NCBI GenBank assembly: GCA_965178125.1
Contig: OZ237759.1
Span: forward strand, 248,001 to 312,000
Source of the DNA: Bilabrum cf. latius
Taxonomy: Eukaryota
Direction of reading: 5' to 3'
DNA: 64,000 nt
A program made the translations under genes and the position numbers. Under the pieces are notes generated by a model. The model was given only the letters and a program-made list of their open reading frames with translations. It did not search any database and was not told the origin of the DNA. Below are positions 24,854-37,957 of this stretch, in pieces; position 1 is the stretch's first letter; each line of letters starts with the position of its first letter.

Positions 24854-26943
24854 TCAAACCGACTTGGTTGCAAGCTCCTTCCGCAGTGCCTCGGCCAGGT
24901 ACCACCCCTGCTGCTGATCGCGTTCGCTGCTAGCCGCCGAGGACCCCTCCAGTTCGACCTGGATCGACCCCCGGGGAACTAGGCGCGTCTCCGCAAGCAC
25001 CAGGCCGTCCTAGCCCACACCGAGCTCCCCCATGCCTCCCCCCCTCAGCCCTTTCAGCCGCGCCCCGGTCCCCGCATCCAGCGCGCCGTGCACCAGCTCC
25101 AGCACCGCACCCACGCGCTCGTACGGACTCACCCTCGCACGCAGCGCCACCCCGTCGGGGAACACAACTCGAAGAGGGCACCCGCCTGCGCCCACCTCCT
25201 CGCCCCGGCCCACGGCAGCCGATGCCCGGGGCCCCTCCCCTGCCTCCCGACCGACCCCCGCACTGCCGGTCCCGAACCTCTCCAGCGCCCGCAGCCGGTT
25301 TGCCTCCCTCTCCTCCTCACTGATGGGCCGGCCCCCGCGCGCCTTTCCGTGCTACAGGGCGCGCATCAGCGCGGAGACATCCTCCTGCGGGTCTGCATTA
25401 GTCGATAAGGCCGTGGAGGACCCGGCGGCTGCTGCTGCACCGCCAGTTGCCGGCACTTCCAATTCCTGCGTCTACTGCTCGCCGGCACCTGCGCTAGCCG
25501 GCTGCACGTCCTCGTCCTCGTCTTTGCAGCCGCCCTGCTTTGACTCGGACGCCCCAGCCCCCTAGCTCTCTTCCGCAACGCTGCCGTCACGGCCTTTCAA
25601 TGCCTCTCTCGCTGCCCTCGCCGCCGCCTCCTCCTCCTCGCGCGCCAGACGCAGCTCCCGCAGCTCTGCAGACTGACCCGCCGATCGAGCGCGCAGCTCC
25701 GCACTCGTCACACACTACCGATTGGGCCACACCTCCAGCATCCTCGGAGGCGGCCGGGCGGCAGGACTGCCTGCCAGCTCCCGCATCCTGGCCTGTGCTG
25801 CTGCCAGCTTGGTCCGCGCGTTCGACACGGGCAGCGCTGAAGCTGACGGCGCGCTGCTACTCCTCCTCCCTGACCCGCTGGCCGCACCGCTTCCAGAGTC
25901 TTGTACAGCCTGCGCGCCTGAAGGTGCCTCGGCTGACGCTGCGGATGCGGCCCCACGACCCGACACCCCGGTGGCAGCAGCGGTGGTTGCCCTCGCCGTC
26001 CTCCTTGGCAGGTGGGATCTCACCGAGGGAACAGAGGCCGCCACGCGGAGCTCCAGTGCCCTAAGGGCCGCAAATACCTCCTAGGTTATGTGCTTGCCCT
26101 CTGGCAGGACTAGAGCAGAGGGCACGGGCCTGGGGCCGCCGGGTGGGGACATCGCTCCTGGGACGGCGGCTTCCTCCTCCAGAGTGCGGAGGGTGCCGGC
26201 GGCGGCGGCTGCGTGCTCCCCTTCTGCGGGGCGTTCAAACCCGGCTGCCTCTAGCAGTGCCGGCCCGAGGCCGTCTTGCAAATTGCCGAGTTTGCTTCGC
26301 ACTTTCTCGTTCGTGAAAGGGATCCGTCGAAACTTGGGCTCTGGCTTGGCCGTGTTCTCGAGGATGCGGCGGAGCATCTTTAGCGAGCCAGATATCGTCG
26401 TGGCGCGCTCCCGTGCTTCCAATCGCCGCGCAATACCGGAAAATAGGGGGTCAGGCTGAGATTCGCGAGTGTTCTTGGCTGCAATTGCGGCGGTTGCACT
26501 TGCGAAGTCTGGTCCTGCGGCAGCCACGCCCGATTCTGCTTCTGATACCGCAGCAATCAGCACGTCTCCGGGCTCAATTTCATCTAGATCTTCAATTATT
26601 GTTCCTGTGCAATCGTGAACAGTGGCTAAATCGCAACACATTGCATGTCAAGCCACAAAAGACCGACAAGACCAAGGTAGAGGCACTCACCGTCTTCCAG
26701 TTGCACCACAGGCTCAGTTCTAAGCCCAAATTTAGCTTGTAACTTAGACTTTAGATCGCAGAAACTCCTGCGGATGGGATGTGTGAGCGTATGATTACTA
26801 TACTTGCGCGTTCTTGCAAGAATCTTGCGCTTCCATCGCTGCTGAGAACTATCTCACTCCCCAGGCTTGACCACAACACGCTTTGAAATAGAGGGGTTGT
26901 TGCTGGCATGCGCGGTAAATATCATTTTTTGTGTTGCCGCCAT
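24854..26943 (-). CDS. PUB- and UBX-domain protein (p97/Cdc48 cofactor) with an N-terminal ubiquitin-like domain; predicted introns 26768-26857 and 26605-26690
   Basis: PUB motif LRRILENTAKPEPKFRRIPFTN...LLEAAGF and UBX-like LRVVFPDGVALRA. The GT-AG introns give a continuous frame. TAG-linked fragments end at TGA 24854. Confidence 0.7.
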
Positions 26944-27423
26944 GGCACCAAAAAGTTTGCTGCGAAGCGGCGGAGATCCAATCATTGCACTGTCGTGCAG
27001 TGAAACAGTGGCACTCGTCATCACATAACTCCAAGATCGACTCGCGCAACCGTCTACCACAACAGATCAACGAAGAATGTGAGTCAATCGTTGAAGCTAG
27101 CTTCATGTGATTCTGCTGCTCATCCTATTGATGTGGTCATCGTTCTGTAAGTTGCACCAGATGAGTATACACCTCGTGTTGGACTGAGAAGCGCGTGCCA
27201 ACAATGCACGTCATTGTAGGTTGGCCTGTGTGCAAACGTATATAACACGCGCATAATTATGTTTATTTAAAATCCGCACCTGGCCCTGCGTTCTGCGTAT
27301 GGGCTGTACGATGCTCGCTGTGATTGATTTCATACACAACTGACGAATTCGCGTGTAATTCATCGCAGGCTGGGCACATACAGTGTTCTCTTCGGCGCGG
27401 TCTCTGCAGGGTTACTTCATGGC

Positions 27424-29700
27424 ATGACTAGCGCAGCTACGTGCGATATGGCCGGTGACTGGCTCATGTTTCCAGGGAGTGGGGTGGTCAGCAACAAGTA
27501 CTATCCAGCCGTGGACATTCCCGGTCACCCGGGCGACTTCAACATCAGCATCGATCTGCGACATGGTCCACAGACAGTGCCCGGTCATGTTGATTCAAGT
27601 AATGCCGTCACGGTGCAGATGTCGGACACGGTCGTGCTGCATGGCCAGTTTACGTCCAATTGTTCCTAGATCAGCTGGAACAGCAGCGGCACAGCCCAGT
27701 ACAACTACGGCACGGCCTGGTGCAGGGCGTGGGCCCCCGGCTGCAACTTTTTCCCTCCTCCGTACATGAAAGGGTTCGCGTTCTGGGACAACTTCCACGA
27801 CTACATGGTGCTGCAGCAGGCCCCCCAGAAGTCGGCCGTGTACGGCATGGTCTTCGGTTCGGACAAGCCTCAGGTGCAGGTCGAGGTGCAGGGGGACGAT
27901 GGCACCAACTACATGGTAGACGCGGAGATCAACACCGTGAACCAGCCGTTCGGGCCTGGATTCGAGTACCCGTGGCCCTACCCTGGCCCTTTCACCACGT
28001 GGAAGGCCCTGCTGAAGCCGCACGCGGCCGGTGGCAACTTCCGGATCACCTCCCGCTGCCTCAACTGCGTGGACAGAGACCCCATGTTCAACGTGGCCAA
28101 CATCTCCAACGTGACCTTCGGCGACGTGTGGTACTGCAGCGGGCAGTCCAACATGTGGCTCCCTGTGGGCCACAGCTTCGAGCGCAACAACACGGTGGAT
28201 GCCATCCGCAAGGGGCAGTACAACAACGTCCGGATCATGGCGGGCAACTCCGGATACCAGTCCAAAGGCATCTTTAACCCCTGGATGACCGCTGCGCAGT
28301 CTGTCGTGGATCCCAAGGGCGGCGTGGACTACCCTCTCTTCCAATTCGGGGCAGCGTGCTGGTACTTTGCGCAGAAACTCGCCGACGAGCTGCAGAAGGC
28401 GGGCAAGTCCGTCCCCATCGGCCTGGCCGACACGGCTGTTGGCGGGCAGAGGATCGAGGAGTACATGGACAACACCACCATAAGCAGGTGCACGGACCGC
28501 TCGGGAGAAAACATCCCCCAGTGGGACGGGCCTCTGTACGGCAAGCTGGTGGTGCCCTTTTTGGACATGACCGTCAAGGGGTTCCTCTGGTACCAGGGAG
28601 AGAACAACATGGGAGCCACCAAGGGCAACTCCATTGCCAACGTGGGGTACGGCTGCGAGATGGTGGACCTGGTGCAGTCCTGGCGCAGGAACTGGAGCAA
28701 GGTGCCGGGCACCACGGACCCGGACGCGCCCTTTGGCATCGTCACCCTGGCATCGAGCGGCTCTGAGGGCGGGCCCAACATGGGTGCCATGCGCTGGGCG
28801 CAGACGGGGAACTACGGGGTCCTGCCCAACCCGCTCATCCCCAACAGCTTCGTGGCGCAGGCCTACGACCTGGACGATCCCTGGGGCCCTAACGCCGGAC
28901 CGTGCTTCGAGTGGCAGTGCTGCGAGGCCTGGCACGCCAAGCAGAACATGACTGCGTGCAACATCGGCACCAACAACAACCCCAAGATGTGCGATCTCGC
29001 GTGCGCCGCCGCAGCTGACACCACCCCCGTGATGGGTGGCATCCACCCAAGGGACAAGAAGCCCGTGGGCGACCGCCTCGGGCTCGCGGCCTTCAACACC
29101 GTGTACGGCGGCGACGGCCCCGTCACCGGACCTACACTCTCTGGATGCGCGGTGCAGGACGGCTCCCTGGTGGTGCAGTTCAACCAGACGATGCTAAAGG
29201 GAGACACCGTGATCATCCAGCCGTACAGCCAGACCCTCAACATGTCCTACCTCGAGGTCATGACGGACCCCACCATCTTCTGCGTGGAGGTGCGCAAGAG
29301 AAACGAGTCATGCCGCTCCCACTGCGAGCTGTACTGTCCCACCTGGGCGGGCGGGTCCTCCATCACCAACAACTCCGCGCTCAACGGACACGACTCCCAG
29401 GGCTGGCAGCCCCTCAACATCTCCATGGCCGGAAGTTCGGCCATCAAGGCAGACCTGTCGCCTCTGGGAGAGCAGCCACCTGTCGCCGTGAGGTACGCGT
29501 GGGGCCTGTCCGAGTGCTGCGACAAGACTGACCCCGATCTCTACGTCAAGTACCCCTGCGGACCCGCCCCCTGCCCGCTCATGCTCGGCTCCAAGTCCTT
29601 CCCGGCCAACCCCTTCATCGCCAAGATCAAGGACGGGAAGTGCGAGTGCATCGCGCCCCAGACGTGCGACGGGCCCGTGGGAGAGAGCGTGCTGGCGTGA
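27424..29700 (+). CDS. Secreted sialate O-acetylesterase (SASA)-family protein; the 5' end probably extends upstream through an intron
   Basis: FGDVWYCSGQSNM, PIGLADTAVGG, KGFLWYQGENN, IHPRDKKPVGDRL and PVAVRYAW. One TAG (27667) joins the N-terminal part. Confidence 0.85.
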
Positions 29701-30142
29701 GCCCCGGGGAGAGCTGCCAGTGGTCGAGACTTGTGCCAGTTTCACGTCGCCTCACGAATGCAGCGGATTGGTAGGCAGCGGTGACGCCGTTCCATCCCAG
29801 CTTTGTTGGCGTGTAGTCGATGTTTTGCTTTGTTTTTGCTTGCTACGTATGCCTTTGCTTGATTCAAAATGGAAACGTTCTGGTATCCGCAGGGCTCGCG
29901 CCAGCACGACGCTCTCTCCCACGGGCCCGTGGCACGTCCACTGCCACTGCCAGTGGCAGTGTGGGGCCGGGCGGCAAGTGCCACTTGCCGCCAGCATGGT
30001 GGTGGCAAGCACTCGCCCCACTGATTAAACTTGCTTCACATTTCAAAGTCTCTCAGCAAGTAGCGAGTCCAATAAATAATCAATATTGTTTGGGTGAAGG
30101 TCCGTTCCAAACAGTGACAGCTGGGAGGAGCACCTTGGCGGC

Positions 30143-31919
30143 ATGTGGCGAACGAGCCTGCGTCTGTCTCAAGTCCTGGCTGTGACAGCATGCGCGATGC
30201 AGGTATCATCAGCACTCCACCAAAATGTGCTTCTTCTTGTAATCGACGATCTGCGCCCCCAGATCAAGTCATTCGGCGTGCCAACAATGGTAACCCCAAA
30301 CATAGACGGTCTCGCGTCGTCAGGCGTGCTCTTTGAGCGAGCCTACGCGTAGCAAGCCATATGCAGCCCCACTAGAAACAGTTTTCTTAGCGGTCGGCGT
30401 CCAGACAAAACCAGAACGTGGAATTTCTTCGACCATTTCAGGAACGGGTCTGCTGAGGGTGAGACTTGGATTGCCTTGCCCGAGTTCTTTAAGGATCAGG
30501 GATATTTCTCGGGCGGGGTAGGCAAAGTGTACCACCCAAACCACGTGAGTCATTCCAATGCGCTGCAGAAGGGGGATGCATGCCGCTGTCAGGCAGCAAC
30601 GGCCAACTTCAGCGCAATCACATTCGTTTCGCCGGCGGTACTAGACTCTACTCACCCCGCAGCCACCACACTTTGACGAGCCGAGATCCTGGAGCTAGCC
30701 GTGGCCGGGCGAATACGGCAACTGCTCGTGCCTGAACGTGGACCAGCCCGGCCCGGACGGGGCTGCCTCCCCCCAGGCCTCCTGCGAGGGCCTCCGCCCC
30801 GACACGCTCGACTGCCAGGACGAACAGATCGTTGCTACCGCAGTGCAGCAGCTCCATGGGCTGGCAGAGGCATACACTGCCTCCTCTCAGCCGTTCTTCT
30901 ATGCCGCGGGCTTGCACAAGCCACACCTGCCGTTCTTCGCGGACCCCTCCGACTTTGCCATGTACCGCGGCGTGGACGAGCGGCCCCCGAACCCCGACGT
31001 GCCTGAGGGCATGCCATACGTCGCTTGGCACTCGTGCCTGTCCAACGCACCAGGCGGGAACGGATCAAACTGGGGCAACTTCACGGACATCCCTAACCGC
31101 ATGACATTCGAGACGCCCATGGGCAGCGAGACGGCAGCCCGCCTGAGGAGGGGGTACATGGCCAGCGTGACGTACACGGACAGGAGCGTGGGCCGCATCC
31201 TGGATGCCATAGAGGCGGTGCGGAACGACACGGTGGTGGTGTTGCTAGGGGATCACGGCTGGTCCCTGCTTGAGCAGAACATCGCGTGCAAGATGACCAA
31301 CACGGAGAACGGGGTCCGCGTCCCGCTCGTCATCCGCGCCCCGGGCGTGCAGGCGGGCGAGGGTCTGCGGGTGCGGGAGCTGGCAGAGGCGGTGGACCTG
31401 TACCGCACCCTGGCAGACCTCACGGGTGTAGGCGCGGAGAAGGTGCAGCCGAGCGTGGATGGGGTGTCCCTTGGGCCCATGGTGAGGCAGGCCACTGCGC
31501 CTGCACTGCACGATGCTGCCATGTCCCAGTTCCCGAGGTGCTACAGCCACGTGCCTGGCCTGCCCAACACCACCCGAGCTGATGATGGCGAAGAGGCTGC
31601 CTCCCGTCCCCTGGGGTTCCCATTGCCCGCCCTCGACCGCACGGACTGTCAGGACATTGACCGGACTATGTTCGACTACATGGGGTATTCCATCCGCACG
31701 AAGGAATGGAGGTACACGGAGTGGAGGAGGTGGAAGGGGCAGGAGCTGGTGGCTGACTGGGAGGCCGAGCCATACGCCGTGGAGCTGTACGACCACAGGC
31801 AGGACGACCAAGCAGAGCCGTTCGGGACGGAGACCCGCAACGAGGCGGGAAGCAAGGCCGTCGCAATGGAGCAGGCGCAGCTCGCTGCGATTCTGAGGGG
31901 TAAGTTTTGCCCCCGATGA
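30143..31919 (+). CDS. Sulfatase, iduronate-2-sulfatase-like; intron 30545-30662
   Basis: NVLLLVIDDLRP, AYA(Q)QAICSPTRNSFLSG (formylglycine CxPxR motif), GKVYH, HKPHLPF, GDHGW, GYSIRT and ELYDH. The GTGAGT...CAG intron restores the frame. Confidence 0.9.
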
Positions 31920-32114
31920 CGGTTTTTGGCAGCCGCCGGGGCTTTCGATGCATACAAGCAAACCTCTATTAGTAAGTATTGGATCTGTCTACGAGCAAAA
32001 CAAGCAAGGGCAAGTCACACCCTAAAATGTACTGCACCACAGCGCCGAAGCGGGCCTCGCACCGCCGCGGGCAGGCTGTCTCCCGCAAAGGCACTAGCCA
32101 GGGTGCTGCCCCTC

Positions 32115-34082
32115 TCAGGCGCCCTGCGTCACCACCGCCACGGCAAACGCGCCCAGCGGAAGGACGCCATCACTCCCGGTGGTGACCAGCCGCGCAGGGC
32201 CGAATCCGGTTTCTTCGTCCACGACCCGTGCCAGTAGCGGGTTCTTCCCGGTTCCGAACACTCCAGCGAGGTCCGCCTTGATGGGCCCCGCGTTGGTGTT
32301 CACCACCAGCACGCGCCTTTCCCCTTTGAGCCCCGTGGCACCGGGGGCGGGGGCGAAGGCCTGCGCGAAGTAGGACGAGGGACCGGGGGATGCGCTCCCG
32401 CCCTGCCCGTCGCTGCACCGCGCCTGCACGATCAGCCGCTTGTAGGTATCGTAGCACGGATCACCCAGCGCAGGGTACGACGGGACGGAGCAGCTGGCCT
32501 GGCCCAGACACAGCTTTTCGGCGACCTCCGTGGCATTCGCGGCATCGCAGCTGGCGTTGTGGTGGTAGTCGCCGCAGGTTCCGTACGGTGTCCCGAACGC
32601 GGCAAAGTCGATGCTGCTGATGGTCGCACCTTCGCCGGCGCATCGCAGCGTGATGTTGCCGTACCCGCCCCCGTTGGTGGCCGCGTCCATCACGCCGCAC
32701 ATGGGCGACTCGGCAACGGTGGTGCTCACCAGCCTGTCCCCCGGCTGGAATGCCTCCAGCATCAGCTTGAGCGTCCAGTACCTGGCCGTGCCCTCTCCCG
32801 TGGTGTAGTTCATGATGCTGACGGAGGGGTACTGCACGCTGGCCTCCATCCCCGCGATGGTCATGGCCGGATTTCCCGCCCACTGCGACATGCCCACGAT
32901 CTCCACGCCGGCCTCGGCCAGGCGAGCGTACTCGTAGGCATACAGTGCTGCTGCTGCGTTCCAGTACACGAGCGGGAACTGCGGCGAGCTGGGGTCGTTG
33001 TCCCCTGGCAGGATGACTCCCAGCTCGTCCGCATCAAAGCGGGTGCTTGGACTGAGCTAAGCCCTGGCTGCCACGGCCGGCTTGACGAACGTGGCGATCC
33101 ACTGGTCGGCAGAATCGAAGAATCCCTCGTAGTCGGCTGGGACCGTCCGGCTGTGCGCGCTGGCGTAGTGGTGGAAGGAAGCGATCCCGCTGGACACGGC
33201 GTCAAACGTCCCCGGCAGGTGCGTGGACTCGCTCAGGAACGGCACCAGCCAGTCCAGCTTGGGGTAGGCCAGGGCCAGGCCGACGTAGGTCAGGTCCTTC
33301 TCGCCCTGGGGCAAGCCAGCCCTCACTGCCTGCACGAAGCGGTCGAAGTAGAGCGTGTACTATTCGATCGTCTGGCCCCGGCACGCGTCTGGCTCGTTCA
33401 GGAACTCGTCGTGGTCCATGGGGTACTTGGGACCGCCGTGCTCTCCGTACCTGATCCAGCCAACGACGTCAGCGAAATACTAGCCCATTGCCTTGCCCGT
33501 TGGGTCGGCCAGTACCTTGCCCTTGGGATAGCCAAAGTCAGTCGCCAGCGGATTCGATGGCACCGAGTAGTTGGTTACGTCAGAATAGAGCCACACGGGC
33601 TGCGTGCTGAAGTTGATGATGGTGCGAGCATCGCTGCGATTACCACCCGTCGCTGCCCACAGGTCATCCAGCATCTGCGTCGCCCGCGTGGTGTCCCACG
33701 CCCCGGGCGTCAGCTCAGGCACGCCAAACTGAGGAAGCGGAAACCAAGGCACGTATCTCGTGTACTGCATTCCGATGGCAGTTAGCTCTTGCAATCGCTT
33801 AAAGCTGAGTCTAGATGGAGGCCACTCCCTGGCTAGGATTGCGTTGGACACCACCTGGCACGTCGCTGAAGAGTTACTCAGAGCAACGATATCATTCCAA
33901 TCGACGGCCACGTGAGGGGGCGCGCCAGCCTGCTGGGCAACTGAGCCGTACCATCGCTCCTCGCGCGATCTTTTTGGCGCAATGTGCGCGTGCTTCATTC
34001 CCCCCCCTGCCTGGTGATGTCCTGATGCGAGCGATACACACACTTGTGAAGATAAGGCCAGTAAGACGGCAAGCGACATCAT
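32115..34082 (-). CDS. Secreted glycoside hydrolase-like protein (GH39-like) with a C-terminal SUEL/galactose-binding lectin domain
   Basis: Three ORFs in one frame joined by TAG. Signal peptide; EFLNEPD and DELGVILP putative catalytic motifs; lectin motif ISSIDFAAFGTPYGTCG...CLGQASC...GDPC...KRL. Confidence 0.7.
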
Positions 34083-34262
34083 GTTCTGTTCTGAGCACAA
34101 CTTGCTGCTACGTAATGCGAATTTGAGCATTTGCTATTTTTTTGTTGCGGAACCATGAGCAAACCAAACCGGCGGAACGCGCGGCGCCGGTGCAGGCACG
34201 CTCTGCTGCGTTGTGTAGCCCATTCCATCCATTGTTTATGCATCGCGCTGTTGTTTCAAGAA

Positions 34263-37200
34263 TCAGAGTCCCATCAGCGGACTTGACCCATCACTGCCTG
34301 CAGCTGATCCATCGCCGTTGCCTGCTTGCCCTTGTCCGCCGGTAGGCCCGAAGCCAGGCGGCTGGGGCTGCGAAGGGGCGGCTGGGTACGGCACAAGCGG
34401 CGCTGTGAGGCCTCCTTGCCCGCCCGCACCCGGCCCCGCCCCGTACGGCGCAGCGTAAGGGTCCACCGCAGCGTAGCCCCCTGCCCCTGCAGCCGGGCCT
34501 GAACCCGTGCCAGTGCCAGTACCGGTGCCGGCGCCGGTGTTAGAACCAGGGTAAGGAGCCACGCCGGCAGGGGCACCCACCATGCCCGGTGCAGGGTAGG
34601 GGTACGGGTTAGGCCCCGCCCCAGCCGTCTCACCTGCCGCCTGCATCTTCTTGGCCATCACAGCGTCATCAGATCCCGCCCCTTTGCCTGCACCCGCCCC
34701 TGGCCCTGGCCCTGCGCCAGGTGCGCTGGGCGGGTATGGCATGGCGGGCGGGGCGCTCGGGTCCGGCCCCTGACCCATGGCCCCGGGAAGCGGGTTAATC
34801 CCAACGAAACCAGCCACTCCAGCGGCCCCGCCCCCCCCTGGCCCCCCCGGCTGAGTGCGCGGCGCCGAGGGCGGCAACACGACCCTCTGGCCCGTCTGGC
34901 TCGTCTCTGTGAACTTGGGCCCGGGGAGCTCCTCCATGTCAGCCTTCGCCGCTGGCTCTTGTATGGACCGGAGGCACGCGAGCACCTCCTGGTTGATGGT
35001 CGGAGTGGCTGCCATGAAGTGTGACGAAGAGACGCACAGCTTGTAGGCCTTCCAGGCGGGCGAGCCGGAGAGGTGCATCTCCACCACGGGTGCCTGCTGG
35101 GTCTGGCGCCCGAACAGCGCGGCGTGGTTGCCCTGCATCTTGTGGTAGAAAGCCTTGCGGGCCACGACCGTGGTCTTGAGCTTGAACCCGTCCGACGTGC
35201 CCTTGCCCTCTCCCGACCACGTGGCGGGTCCCAGACTAGAGGCAAACCCCACGGCTGGGTTGAAGGTCGTGTTGGAGGCTGCCGCCGCCTTGGCCGCCTC
35301 GGCTTCCATCCACGGTGGCGGGGCGAGCTTGTCCGTGGCGGGCTGGAAGCAGAAGGCGAAGGGGGCGCCCCCGATGCATAGGATCCTGACCCAGATGACG
35401 AGGAACATGACGGTCAGCGGGACCAGCGGACCCAGAGTTTTGGCCAGCAGCTCGCCCTGCAGCGCCTCTCGCAGCCTCCGGTACTGCGCTGGCATGCCGT
35501 GAGGCCACCTCGTCTGGTGGTCCGCATCGAAGAAGATCTGGCTCCAGGACGGCACCGGGATGTCGCGGTAGGAATAGTCCTAGAAGTCCGACGTGAGCTG
35601 GCCGGGCTCCCTCGTGTCGCAAAAGACGTGCGCTCCGGTCTCGTTGAGGAAGTCCGTGGGCAGCGTGCCCGGGTCCATCGCGACCCTCTAAAAGTCGTTG
35701 GGATCGGGGCTGTCATCGTAGCCACCGTCATTGATCAAAGGAGGGTAGTTCCAGTACCTGTCGTACCAACACGGGATCTCAACAGGAGCGCTGTTTGCGG
35801 TGGAGATACCCCTCCCGCGAACATCGGCGTCCTCGCAGCCGCTGCGTGTCAAAAGCTCAGAGGGCACCTCGTCCGCCTTGACCCTCTCGAAATCGACAAA
35901 GGCGCCGTACCACCGGAAGTAGCCATACCCCGAGGAGCTGCCGCGTACTAAGCGCTTCACCCCGTCGTCGTCCGCGCGCACGCCATCCGTCTCAAACGTG
36001 TAGCCCCGGAAGTCATCATCGGACCATGCCTCTGGCACGGCATAGCTGCTGACAGGCGAGGTCACGGCGCGGTTGATGGTCGACACGCGGAACCACGCCT
36101 TGCAGGTGCCGCCCACCCAGTCCGCTCGCTGCACGGCGCACGTGGTGGGCACGGGTGCATAGTAGGTCGACTTGTCGAAGAGCTTCTTGGAGGTCTGGCT
36201 CAGCGGGATGGAGTAGGCAGGCCCGAACGACAGCGCGGCTCGCATCATCATCGCGGGCAGCACCGCCGTCAGCAGCACCACAGTGAGACCGCAGACGCCG
36301 CACACCGCCGCACAGCTGCTCCTTGTCCACATCTTGTCGCTGCAGGCCGCTGCCAGCGCCAGAATGGCCAGGATAGACACCCCCGCGGCCATGAACCCGG
36401 CCGCCTGCAGCAGAGCCTCGGGCGCCTGCTCCACCTGCTGGTCGGGACCCACGGACTGCGGCCTGGGGCCCACCTTGGACACGCAGATCTTTGAGAAGGG
36501 CGCCTCCCTGGCCACCTTGAAGGCCTCGTTGTCGCCCGCATCCGCCGACACCTCCTCGAGCTCGTAGATGGGCTCTGTGGGAGCGGGCACGTCGTCGTCG
36601 AAAGCGGAGGGCCGGGGCAGGGTGTTTGTGCCCATCTGCTTCAGTTGAGCAGCTGCCAGGTAGCACGGCTGCGGCTCCGACCGCTGCGCGACGATCTGCG
36701 CGCAGCTCTGCCTCGAGTACGAGATGGGCCTGGAGGTGATGCGCCCCCTGCTGTTGAGGGGGACACCTCCGTTGAGCCTGGGCTCCCTGAGCACTCGCGC
36801 ATAGACAGCAGGGGAGCTAGGTACCTGCCCCGGGACATACCGGCTGCTGTACTGCCGCACCTGCCCCACCTGCCCCATGACGTGCACGGGGGGCCATACC
36901 TCGCCCATGGTGACCTGCCCCACCAGCTCCTGCTCGCTGCCGCTGCCAGCGTCCATCACGATGTCCAGCATGGTGCAACCCTCCTCCCACGGGCCGTACT
37001 CGGAACCATACTCGTTCTAAAACTCGACAGGGTCGTACGCGATCACGTTGGTGACCTCGTCGGGGCCTTCTACCCCTGCGGCGAGGTAGTTGAGCCTGCC
37101 TCTGTTCGCAGTCGGCACGCGGTACGTGCAGGTCGCAGTTGGTGTACTGGCGGCTCGCATGGGTACATTCACGCTTCCCGACACGCCCGGGACGTCTCCA

Positions 37201-37670
37201 CCCGCGGCATTTCCCGAGGCCTCGAGAAACGAGAACAATCCTAGCCCGAAAAAGAAAAACGCAAGAAAACCGCAGTACGTTGGCAGTCTGCTGCTCTCGC
37301 CGCACAAACCTGCGTGTTTTTTGTCATCCATGAAATATGACGGCAGTATTGGCTGGCAGTTGAACCCAAAGTCCATGCAAGTCGTGGCCTCTGCGCAGCA
37401 AAACACCTTGAAGCTCCCCATGTCTTCACTGGAGCAATCACAGTCACCTCCCCCGCCACCTCCACCCCCAACGCGAGTAGAGCGTCTGTTTCCAAATCTT
37501 GACCCCAATCTGCTGTGCGACGAGCTGCCAAACGTGTGGCTGTGGTGCGATATCCCGTGGTGACTGTGTGAGATCCCGTGGTGGTGAGATGTGTGGTGAG
37601 ATGTGTGTGACCTGTGGTGCGAGCGGTGGGAGCGATGCCCCCGTCCACCGCGCCTGCCACCTTTTCCCAT
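34263..37670 (-). CDS. Hypothetical membrane protein, about 1135 aa (His-rich N-terminus, Gly/Pro/Tyr-rich C-terminus)
   Basis: ORFs 34263, 35688 and 37017 share one frame interrupted only by TAG (35580, 35688, 37017). Several transmembrane-like stretches. Confidence 0.7.
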
Positions 37671-37957
37671 TGGAGGTCGCTAGACAACTGAACTGAGGGA
37701 GATAAGAGCTAGATTTCCCGCAGAATAGGATGGAAAGCACAAGTCGGCTACGGTGGTTGCAACCATCATCGAAGAAGAAGATAAAAACAACCGATGGCCT
37801 GCCTCGCAAACCTTCAGATCGCACGGAGAACCAGCTTTTCTTAGAAACCAAAATAGGTTTATTATGCAATACATCAGACCTATAAAACCAACGCCTGCTA
37901 GAGACATCAAGACAGCCCCAGTCCAACAGCACCACCATCCCAGGCGATGAGACCCAT

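Noticed and set aside
27595-29046. Long antisense or alternative-frame ORFs (also 32559-33785, 47189-48565, 48426-49655, 56853-57980)
   Set aside because: These are shadow ORFs caused by high GC3 and repeats opposite well-supported genes.
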